DNA of 64,000 bases from the NCBI GenBank assembly GCA_965237955.1, contig OZ250169.1, positions 3,808,001 through 3,872,000 on the forward strand, in the 5' to 3' direction. The stretch is from Candidatus Marinacidobacterales bacterium (GTDB lineage Bacteria > Acidobacteriota > Vicinamibacteria > Marinacidobacterales > SMYC01). The notes under the pieces are model-generated. The model was given only the letters and a program-made list of their open reading frames with translations, was not told where the DNA came from and ran no database searches. Shown one piece after another: positions 31,162-39,565 of this stretch (position 1 is its first letter; every line of letters begins with the position of its first letter). The translations under genes and the position numbers were made by a program.

Positions 31162-33087
31162 GGGCCGCCGACAAAATAACTGTCTAGTTTTGAGCACACT
31201 CTTCCTGTTTCAGGTCGTGATCGCGATGTCGTCTGGCATCACGAGAGCCTGGCAAGCTCCCTAGAAACGGAACATTTGTAGATCTTCAGCAACCAGCGCG
31301 TGTTTGACAAACGGTCCTCATTTTAGGGAGGATTACGCCTATCAAGGAGCACTTCTCCTATTATGAGACCTACGAGCTATCAGTCTGAAGATCTCGACCG
31401 CCTGTTGAGGAAGCACAAAATAGCTACCCTCGATGATTTGAAGGCAGTGTTGGGTACCGATGTGGACTCGACCGTCTTCCGAAAGCTCAATGAGTTGGCG
31501 TATCGGACAAGCTACTCCCACCGTGGTAGCTACTACACGTTGGACGAGATCGCCCAGTTCGATCGAAAAGGTCTTTGGTCGTTGCGCTCAGTGTGGTTCT
31601 CGAAGTACGGGACGTTGCTTGCGACGGTAAAAGCGTTGGTCGCGGCCTGTGAGGCAGGCTACTACGTCGACGAGCTCGAGGACGTGGTGCAGGTTGACGT
31701 TAAGGCTCCTCTGTTGAAACTGGTCCGAGAGAAAAGATTGGCGCGCGAGCAGGTGTTCGGCCGATATCTGTATCTGGCCACCGATGTGAGCACGCGCAAG
31801 CAACAGCTCTCGGCCCGCCAGGTACATGAGGCGTCACCTTCCACGTTGGGCTGGGTCGGGGGAGTCCGCGTGCTCCCCGTGGAGTTGAAGGCTGCGATCG
31901 TTCTTTTCTACAGCCTGCTCGATGAAAAGCAGCGCCGTCTCTACGCGGGAGTCGAGGCCATGAAGCTCGGTCACGGTGGCGACCAACAGATTGCCGAACT
32001 GCTCGGGATGGATCCGAGCACGGTAGCCAGAGGTCGTAGGGAATTGCTAATGAGAGATGTTGAGCTCGACGGAGTTCGGCGAAAGGGTGGCGGACGGCGC
32101 GCCGTGCAAAAAAAACGCCAGAAGTCATCGCCAAGATCGAAGAACTCATGAAGCACGACACCGCGGGCGATCCGATGACGGGAGTGAAATGGACGCGGCG
32201 GACCACCGACAAGATTGCTTGCGAGCTAAGAAGCCTCGGTGTGAACGTCAGCAGCAAAACCGTCGGTCGACTGCTCAAACAGCTCGGCTTCTCGTTGCGG
32301 GTGAACCACAAGAAGCTGTGCGGTGCCACGTCCGAAGATCGCGATACCCAATTCGCGTGTATCGCCGAACTGCGCGAGCGTTTTGCCGCAGCTGGTCATC
32401 CCATCATCAGCGTAGACACGAAGAAACGGGAGCTGGTGGGATTATTCAAAAACGGCGGGCAGGCCTGGAACCGCGAGCCGACTCTCGTCAAAGACCATGA
32501 CTTCCGTTCCGAATCGAACGGCATCGCAATCCCCTACGGCGTCTACGATCTGCTCGCGAACCGCGGGACAGTGTTCATTGGTACCTCGTACAACACCCCG
32601 GACTTCGCCGTGAATGCCATCGAGAAGTGGTGGCGAACGGAAGGACGGCGACGCTATCCTGCAGCCCGTGACCTCGCGATATTGGCAGACGCCGGGGGCA
32701 GCAATGGCTATCGGTGTCGGGGTTGGAAGCACGGGCTTCAAACGCGGATTTGCAATCACCACGACATCGCTATCACCATAGCCCACTATCCGTCCGGTAC
32801 ATCCAAGTGGAATCCAGTGGAGCACCGTCTGTTCAGCGAGATCAGCAAGAACTGGACGGGCAGGCCTCTCGACAGCTACGAAACCATCCTCAAATACATC
32901 CGCACGACCACCACCTCTTCCGGTTTGCGAGTACGCGCACACCTTATCCGGCGTCGTTATCCGAAGGGCGTCAAAATCACTGACGAGCGGATGCAGGCGC
33001 TTTCCGTTACAAAGGACCAGACTCTACCCAAATGGAACTACACCATCCGACCGTCTTGAAAACGGGAACTTATTTTGTCGCCGGCCC
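31162..33087 (+). mobile_element. ISAzo13-family insertion sequence
   Basis: IRs GGGCCGCCGACAAAATAA / TTATTTTGTCGCCGGCCC, flanked by TAA on both sides. Confidence 0.9.
31363..33059 (+). CDS. ISAzo13 transposase (ORF1 31363-32151 plus ORF2 32148-33059, probable -1 frameshift at A8, 32108-32115)
   Basis: LDEKQRRLYAG, TAGDPM, ISVDTKKRELVG, ADAGGSNG, SKWNPVEHRLFS and WNYTIRP; the -1 frame reads KKTPEVIAKIEELMKHD. Confidence 0.88.
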
Positions 33088-33167
33088 TAAGGGAAAGCGA
33101 CGCCGGAGGCGTTGGCAGTCGCAGAGAAGCGAGGGGAAGCTAGGACAGGTCGAGATTCAAGGCGGGA

Positions 33168-33715
33168 TCACTCGTCGTCGGACTTGAAGCCGATACGTTG
33201 TTTCGACGGAGGAGTTTCCTCCACCAGCTCGCGGATGGCTTCGAAGACGACCCGGAACCTGGCGTCGTGCTCGGCGTATTTTCTCTCGAGAGCTTCGATC
33301 TTATGCGCGAGGTCCTTGTGCGTGGCAAGCAGCTCTCGAAGTCGGACGAACGCTCGCATGATCGCGATATTTACTTTGACGGCCTGGCTGCTGCGAAGAA
33401 CGCTGGAGAGCATTGCAACACCCTGCTCGGTAAAGGCATAGGGACGGCGACGCAGGGCCATTCTCGCGGCGGGCTTGGAGATCACAATCTGTGATCTCCA
33501 AAGTTCCAGCTCCTCCTTCGTGAGCTGGAACATAAAGTCCTCGGGGAATCGCCAGATTGCGCTTTACTGATTGAACGAGAGCTCGGGTCTCGACGCCGTA
33601 GAGCTCGGCCAGGTTGGTATCAAGCATAACCTTCTGGCCGGGGATGAGATAGATGCGGTTTTCAATGACCTCAGATGGGATTGCGATAGGTGGAGATCTT
33701 TTTCGTCTTGGGCAT
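33168..33715 (-). pseudogene. ORF6N (KilA-N-like) DNA-binding protein, frameshifted
   Basis: IENRIYLIPGQKVMLDTNLAELYGVETRAL..VKRN (fs) FMFQLT...[16 protein letters not shown]...RIGF. Confidence 0.85.
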
Positions 33716-33899
33716 AACTTTATTTCTTCCTTACGAGCGCGAACCCTTTCAAGAGCTCGCCCGCAAGCTCGCGGATTGGGCGCCTCGGGGAGTACTTGGA
33801 TCGGAGCTCCGTCAGCACCACCGACGAAGACATCGTTTGCAAGGTCAGCTACGCCAATCAGCGGCCCATTCTGTTTCTGCCCGGCCGCCGGAAGAACGA

Positions 33900-34116
33900 G
33901 CACTAGCCCTTCGATACCATCCTGCGTGTCGACCTCGGCTACCACGTCCGCTTCCCGGAGGTTACCCTCCGGGAAATCCGTGAAAAGCTCTTTCTCCAAA
34001 AAATGGACGGTCCCGAAGTCGAGTCGTGCCGCGATATCCGGGCAGAACAATTCGAGAAAGTCCCGAAGGAAATGCCGGGAGAAACTCCTTGAAGAGCTGG
34101 TCGTGTCCCCATCCAA
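33900..34116 (-). pseudogene. Rpn/YhgA-like nuclease-transposase fragment
   Basis: HDQLFKEFL (fs) FLELFCPDIAARLDF...LEKELFTD...READVVAEV. Confidence 0.65.
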
Positions 34117-34313
34117 GCTGTACCTCCTTACCTGATACAGACGAGAAAAGGATGGAGCGACCTCCCTGCCAGCGACAAGAATCGGCGGAATTCATTTGCG
34201 CAGTCTCAATGCACTGGACCCTCCCATCCCGAGCCCGGCGTCACCGGCAACGGCACTCGAAACCAGCCAACGTCGCGAGCTTTACCCTTCGTGTTAGCCT
34301 TCGCCCCGAGGCC

Positions 34314-34649
34314 ATGAAAGCCACCCTTTCGATTGAAGCCACCACCTCCGCCGACCGCTGGCTCCACCTCTGGAGCACCCCCGATCTCGCCACCCGAACC
34401 ACCATCGAGTGGTCCCCCCGACTAACCCGAAGCCTCGGCCGCTGCTATCCCGAGCGCCGCCTCATCCGCCTCGCCGCCTTCCTCGAAGAATCCGAAAACG
34501 CTCTCCTCGAAGAAGTCCTCTGCCACGAGCTCGCCCACCTCGCCGCGCGCGAGCTCCACGGCCGACACATCCGTCCCCACGGATCGGAATGGAAAGCCCT
34601 CATGCGCGCCGCCGGATTTGAGCCCAAGACGCGACTTCCGGCGCCTTGA
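34314..34649 (+). CDS. SprT-like zinc metalloprotease
   Basis: IEWSPRLTRSLGRC, HELAH (HExxH) and PHGSEWKALM. Confidence 0.85.
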   Translation: MKATLSIEATTSADRWLHLWSTPDLATRTTIEWSPRLTRSLGRCYPERRLIRLAAFLEESENALLEEVLCHELAHLAARELHGRHIRPHGSEWKALMRAAGFEPKTRLPAP

Positions 34650-34759
34650 AGCGGTGCCGGTGCGGATGTACGCCCACTTAAGCCCATGAGCCAGCCTGGG
34701 CCAGATATCAGGTCGCGAGCCCCGGCTCCAGCAACGCGGAATCCAACGGCTAATCCCTG

Positions 34760-34892
34760 CTAGTCCCCTGGATCTTTGATTACTATACAAAGTTAGGCTT
34801 TTCGCCAGCCCATAAGATTCATAAGATTCATGCACTTAGAAGGGTTTCGGCAAGCTCTGCTTTATCTAGTTTGTTCTGATACAGGGGACTAG
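34760..34892. mobile_element. IS630-related MITE, copy 1 (133 bp including flanking CTAGs)
   Basis: CTAGTCCCCTG...CAGGGGACTAG; differs from 38629-38761 at only 2 nt; its ends resemble those of the IS630 at 49342-53479. Confidence 0.88.
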
Positions 34893-35050
34893 TTCCCGGC
34901 GCACGTTGAGAATTCAGTCAAGTTCTCTTAACCTGAGACCGCGTGTGCGGATGTCGCTCCGGGATCCCGTGACAATCGCGAGGCCCAAAAAGTCGCGCGC
35001 AAGTCGATGCACGAAAATGAATCGATAGAGAACTGCCCAGGCTGGCTGTA

Positions 35051-35677
35051 GTGCGTATCTACGTGTACATCCTCAAAGCCGACTCAGGCTTCGCGCCGAA
35101 TCCGTTCTTTGGCTGGTGCACGCTCGCGTGCTGCAAGCCCGCCATCCGGCGAAAGGCGCGTCCAGGAGACTGGATCGTCGGAATTACGCCGAGGAAGCTC
35201 GACAACCATCTCGCTTATGCCATGAGGGTGGATGAGTCGCTTACGTTCGAAGAGTATTGGTCGGATCGCAGATTCAGGTCCAAGCGTCCGCGTTGGCGCA
35301 AAGGAGCACCAATCGTGGATAAATGCGGCGACAACTGTTACGCACCAATAGGCGACGGCGATTTCCGACAACTTCGGTCGCAGCATTGGGATCACAAGAA
35401 CGACCGCGAAGACAAAAGGGGAATGGCCCACGACCTCAACGGCGAGCGTGTCCTGGTCGCGAAACGGTTCTGCTACTACGGCGGAGATGCTGTGCCGTTT
35501 CCCGCGCACGTCGCCTTTCAACCGCCCGCTCGGTTCAACCGCGTGAACTTCACTGATGAGGAGAAGTCGGCTCTCTCCGATTTTTTGAAAGCTCGACCAC
35601 AAGGTATTCGGGGCCAACCGAGGCACTGGCCCACGGACGACACCTCCTGGCAACCGGGAAAGACGCGATGCGGCTAA
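35051..35677 (+). CDS. Nmad2-family (nucleotide modification-associated domain 2) protein
   Basis: YILKADSGFAPNPFFGWCTLACCKPAIRR..DWIVG, YWSDRRF..KRP, GDNCY and VLV..FCYYG. Confidence 0.8.
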   Translation: MRIYVYILKADSGFAPNPFFGWCTLACCKPAIRRKARPGDWIVGITPRKLDNHLAYAMRVDESLTFEEYWSDRRFRSKRPRWRKGAPIVDKCGDNCYAPIGDGDFRQLRSQHWDHKNDREDKRGMAHDLNGERVLVAKRFCYYGGDAVPFPAHVAFQPPARFNRVNFTDEEKSALSDFLKARPQGIRGQPRHWPTDDTSWQPGKTRCG

Positions 35678-36513
35678 TCTTGAGCCGGAAGGGATTCGAC
35701 TCGTCGAGCGGCGGATGCCCGAGTCCCATTTTCCCGGACGGCTCGATGATCTCCCTTCCGATCCCGGACAAGCGTTCGCCGGTGCGCTACAAAGACCTGA
35801 CCTGGCGCGGGCGCAACCTTGGAGACGTCGTCGCAAAACTGACTCGCGGTAAACAGAGAAGCGACTATCGCGCACACCTCGACCCAGATCTTGCGAGAAA
35901 CCTAGCTCCTCGAAATCCAGGATGGCGGGCAACGTTGGGTCAACACAGAGCCGCTCAAGGTCACCTTCGAAATCAAGGCGTCGGCGTTGGCGACGTCTTC
36001 CTCTTCTGGGGCTCGTTTCAGCCAGTAGACGACGAGTTGAGGAAATTGGGACGGCCAGAACATCATGTTTGGGGCTGGCTGCAGGTCGGCGACGTAGCTC
36101 CAGTCGACGACGTCGTTCGTAGCGGTGGTAGCGAGTGGCGATGGGCCCAAGCCCATCCTCACCTAGCATTCCCGCCAGATCCGACGAACACGCTCTACGT
36201 CGCGAATAAGGCACTCTCGTTGCCAGGCGTAGATGTAGGCGCGATTCGCGGGTTTGGCGTTTTCGAATTCGCCTCGGACAAGCGACGCCTAACCGCGCAA
36301 GGGGCGAAGAATACCTCGGAATGGTCCTTGCCCAGCGGGTTCCTACCGAGCGGACGACCTCCTTTGACGTATCACGGCTCATTAGACCGTTGGACGCTGA
36401 AGGGCCAACGCGCTCATCTGAGTGTCGTCGCAAAAGGGCAAGAGTTTGTCCTCGACCTTGCGGTCTACCCCGAGTTAACAGCGTGGCTCGCGGAGACTAT
36501 CGCGGGAGAGTAG
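35668..36513 (+). CDS. Nmad3-family (nucleotide modification-associated domain 3) protein
   Basis: MRLILSRKGFDSSSGGCPSPIFPDGSMISLPIP, AHLDPDL, AAQGHLRNQGVGVGDVFLFWG, HPHL, LTYH and KGQEFVL. Confidence 0.8.
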   Translation: MRLILSRKGFDSSSGGCPSPIFPDGSMISLPIPDKRSPVRYKDLTWRGRNLGDVVAKLTRGKQRSDYRAHLDPDLARNLAPRNPGWRATLGQHRAAQGHLRNQGVGVGDVFLFWGSFQPVDDELRKLGRPEHHVWGWLQVGDVAPVDDVVRSGGSEWRWAQAHPHLAFPPDPTNTLYVANKALSLPGVDVGAIRGFGVFEFASDKRRLTAQGAKNTSEWSLPSGFLPSGRPPLTYHGSLDRWTLKGQRAHLSVVAKGQEFVLDLAVYPELTAWLAETIAGE

Positions 36514-36525
36514 GACTGAAGGAGA

Positions 36526-37239
36526 CTAGCGCACGATTTCCATCAGCAACCCTTTCGAATCCCGAACGGGCTCGTTGGGCACGCGGACCTCTTCCCCTTT
36601 CAAAATGCGCTCCGCGGTCCAACACGCGGCCATTGCGTCCACGATATCGTCCCGAGCCACTTTCGAGCTCCGGTGATTCTCCACTAGCTCCGACGCGTTG
36701 AAGTCGAAAGCCTCTGCCAACAACTCCAGCCGATGTGCAAGGCCCCCTTTGGACTTCTTGCCCTCTTTGACCGATTTGCCACCACTCATTTCGTAAAAGA
36801 CCAGCTCGGGATGGACCTCAACAACCCGCCCCTGCAGTTCAGGAGTCATGTAGTCGTCGACTTCCCGAATCTTAGGAATGATACCGAAGCACTGTTGACT
36901 GATACCCACGGCGTGCGCGGACGATTCGCGATTCAGACGAAGCGCTTCCTCGAAGCTTCGGCCCTTGAGAGCCGGGCGTGCTGGAGCCGAAAAGACGCTA
37001 CTCGAACGAGGGCTTCCAAGAAGTTTTCTCGCCGCTTTGTCGCACTCTCGCCCCCCACGAACCGCCTCGTCCAGAAGTCCGATCGGAACATCGATACACA
37101 GAATCTCGGGCGGGTTCTCCGAGTCGAGAACCACGGAGATCCCGTCCACGACGTCAATCGCTATGCTACGAGAATCCAGCTCGAGCCGGACGACGACCCA
37201 GCCTGCCTTGCAGCCATCGACGCCAGCAATCCAAGTCAT
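36526..37239 (-). CDS. DUF429 (predicted RNase H-fold nuclease)
   Basis: AGVDGCKAGW, IDVPIGL, RSSSVFSAP, EVHPEL and DDIVDAMA motifs. Confidence 0.88.
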   Translation of the reverse strand: MTWIAGVDGCKAGWVVVRLELDSRSIAIDVVDGISVVLDSENPPEILCIDVPIGLLDEAVRGGRECDKAARKLLGSPRSSSVFSAPARPALKGRSFEEALRLNRESSAHAVGISQQCFGIIPKIREVDDYMTPELQGRVVEVHPELVFYEMSGGKSVKEGKKSKGGLAHRLELLAEAFDFNASELVENHRSSKVARDDIVDAMAACWTAERILKGEEVRVPNEPVRDSKGLLMEIVR

Positions 37240-37251
37240 GGCATGTTTCCC

Positions 37252-38169
37252 TCACCCTCGAAAGACACTGTCGCCGTGCCATTCAAGAAACTCTCGATTG
37301 GGTCGCTCGGCCTCAGTCTTCGGCAGCCAGATCGCGCGCCCCTCGAATCGGTAGTAATGCTTGCCATTGTGGAACTCGTCTCGTAGACGCGAGCTCACGC
37401 GGACTTCGAAATTCGGCGTTACCGTCACGTACCCTTGATCGAATAGGGTGTGGACGTCCGATCGCAAGAGGACGCCGTTATCCACGCTATGCATTCCACC
37501 CACACTTACAGGCTGGATATGGGCGGCTTCCAATACAGGAAGGACCTTCTCACCAGTCACCGCGCACCGTTTCTCATAGATGTCGGTCACCGCGAGTCGA
37601 AACGTTCCCTGACCAAGGCGCTGCTTCACTAGCACAGGATCGCCGTACATGGGAGCTGGCTCGCCAGCGGTGACGGCGTGAGCGACGGTGAGCTTCGCCT
37701 GCACCGCTTCCCAGAGCTCACGGCCGACGTCACTGCTCAAGTCGTACCCTTTCCCCTGGACGATGTTTTTTTTGAAATCAGCCGGAGCTGGGATCCAGTC
37801 CGCTCTGTCCAAGAAGAAGGGTTGCTGCAGCAGGATGCAACCGATGGTGTAATCGTCATGGGGCGCGAGGGATTCTCGTCGGTACTTTTCGATGCGCGCT
37901 CGCATCGCGTCATACGAAGGAGCGCCGTTTTTCTCGCCGAACGCGTCCCATGCGAGGCGCGAGGGCGCTTGAACGAACCGTCCGAAGAAACCGCCGCCTG
38001 CGATGTAATTTTCCGGATGGTGCAGTTTAAACAGAAAGGGATCACCGATATCCAAGCTTCGGAAACGGCGCCCGCCGCTCGGTTGCCAGAAGTTCACCTC
38101 ATCTATGTCCGGTCGGGTGCTCAGAAACGTGTACCAATCCCCGTCCGTGACTCCGACGAACGCCTTCAT
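37252..38169 (-). CDS. HNH endonuclease (putative modification-dependent restriction type)
   Basis: VGVTDGDW..FL, EVNFWQP, FLFKL, AFGEKNG, RLGQGTFR..V..Y..RCAVTG, LEAAHI and NGVLLRSDVHTLFDQG. Confidence 0.85.
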   Translation of the reverse strand: MKAFVGVTDGDWYTFLSTRPDIDEVNFWQPSGGRRFRSLDIGDPFLFKLHHPENYIAGGGFFGRFVQAPSRLAWDAFGEKNGAPSYDAMRARIEKYRRESLAPHDDYTIGCILLQQPFFLDRADWIPAPADFKKNIVQGKGYDLSSDVGRELWEAVQAKLTVAHAVTAGEPAPMYGDPVLVKQRLGQGTFRLAVTDIYEKRCAVTGEKVLPVLEAAHIQPVSVGGMHSVDNGVLLRSDVHTLFDQGYVTVTPNFEVRVSSRLRDEFHNGKHYYRFEGRAIWLPKTEAERPNREFLEWHGDSVFRG

Positions 38170-38194
38170 CCCTTGCCCACCAAAGTAAGATGCT

Positions 38195-39030
38195 CTACTT
38201 TTTCCAAGTGTACTTGATGGGATTCGCGGCGCCGCGTTTGCGGTATTCATCGGGTACGCGCTTCCCAACGTAGAGCTTCTTGATGTCCTCCGGCGCTTCC
38301 TCCCCAACGAATCCAAGGCGCCGGGGCACACCGTCTCCCTCAGCAAGACCCGGAAAGTTCGCCGCTGTAGCCGGGAGCCAATCGTCTGCCACAAATGCGC
38401 CGATGATCAGGCCCTGCATCGTGGAAAGGATGACTTCAGCTTCTTGCGCCCGCGACTTACTGATCTTCCACGCATAGTGAGTTGCGTCGTACAGCGACGG
38501 CTCGACGGCGCTCCTATTAACACTGATCAATAGAGCCTTGTGCCGGAACACCTGGTTGAGCGGCGTATCGCTGAAGCTGAATGATTTCTTCGGCATGCAT
38601 GACGCCATAGTCGTTACCGCCAGTCCCGCTAGTCCCCTGGATCTTTGATTACTATACAAAGTTAGGCTTTTCGCCAGCCCATAAGATTCATAAGATTCAT
38701 GCACTTAGAATTGTTTCGGCAAGCTCTGCTTTATCTAGTTTGTTCTGATACAGGGGACTAGCGATATTGGTCAGGCCCGGATACGCATCGATCGGAGCCG
38801 CCTCGACGTCGAAGGCGGTCTTGTCGTCCATCCCGTGGCGATGAATGACGTGCGCGATTTCGAATCCCGCAACCCGGATCTCACGGAGGCGTTTGACCTT
38901 GCTGTCGAGTTCGTCCCCTTCCAGGTTGCTCTCGGCACGGGTGTGCGAAAAGACGCGGTTACCCTGTCCCTTGCTGACATAGAAGGTCTCCCCGTTTCAG
39001 GGATCGATGAGCCTGTAAACGTCCCAGAGG
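38195..39030 (-). pseudogene. LEM-3-like GIY-YIG nuclease, disrupted by a MITE, a stop and frameshifts
   Basis: [25 protein letters not shown]...IHRHGM..TAFDVEAA.ID...LTNIA|MITE|SG...YDATHYAWKI...ANPIKY. Confidence 0.75.
38629..38761. mobile_element. IS630-related MITE, copy 2
   Basis: Same 133-bp sequence as copy 1; inserted at a CTAG inside the GIY-YIG gene. Confidence 0.9.
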
Positions 39031-39039
39031 AACAAGCCC

Positions 39040-39433
39040 TCGATTGATTCCACGAACTCTGCCCAATCCAAGTAGCAGGCCGTCTGGAGCCGCTCTCATT
39101 GAGTTTGTGAAGCAACCGCGTGGCCTCAACGAGGCCGGTCGCGAGCGCTGCTGTGCCAGCGCCGGCGGACCAGGAGCGATTACCGTCGATTCGTCTGGCT
39201 TTGGTCAGGCGCATCGGTTCCTCGTGAAGCGGAACGTATCGCGTACACTCGAAGCCTAGCACGACTCTTCTTCCGCGCTCGAGTCGCTCTGTCAAGGACT
39301 CGGCGAGCGCAGTGATGTCGGTGCCCTCGTTAGGTGTCGTCTCACCGTCGGGCGGCAAGGCCCAGCCAAATTTTGCGACAGAAATCGAGAAAACGTCCGC
39401 GCAACAAATATCCATCGTACCAGTCGAGCTCAC
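39040..39433 (-). pseudogene. Truncated hypothetical protein (RNase H/DUF429-like N-terminus)
   Basis: ICCADV...FGWA...VVLGFEC...LTKAR..DGNRSWSAGAG..ALATGL; joined to the GIY-YIG remnant. Confidence 0.4.
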
Positions 39434-39565
39434 GTCACCGTTTAGAAGTTACTCATAGAAACCGCATCACCATGCCATTCTAGAAACTCGCGATTCGGAC
39501 GATCACTCTCGTGTCCCAAATTTGGATTCGGCTCCGTCATGTCGCTTCCACTTCTCGAAGGTCGA

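Noticed and set aside
33301-34116. 271-aa Rpn-ORF6N fusion protein
   Set aside because: Chance read-through linking two separately frameshifted pseudogenes.
34760-38761. Composite transposon: two MITEs mobilising Nmad2/3, DUF429 and HNH
   Set aside because: The GIY-YIG reading frame continues across MITE copy 2, so that copy is a simple independent insertion and not a cargo boundary.
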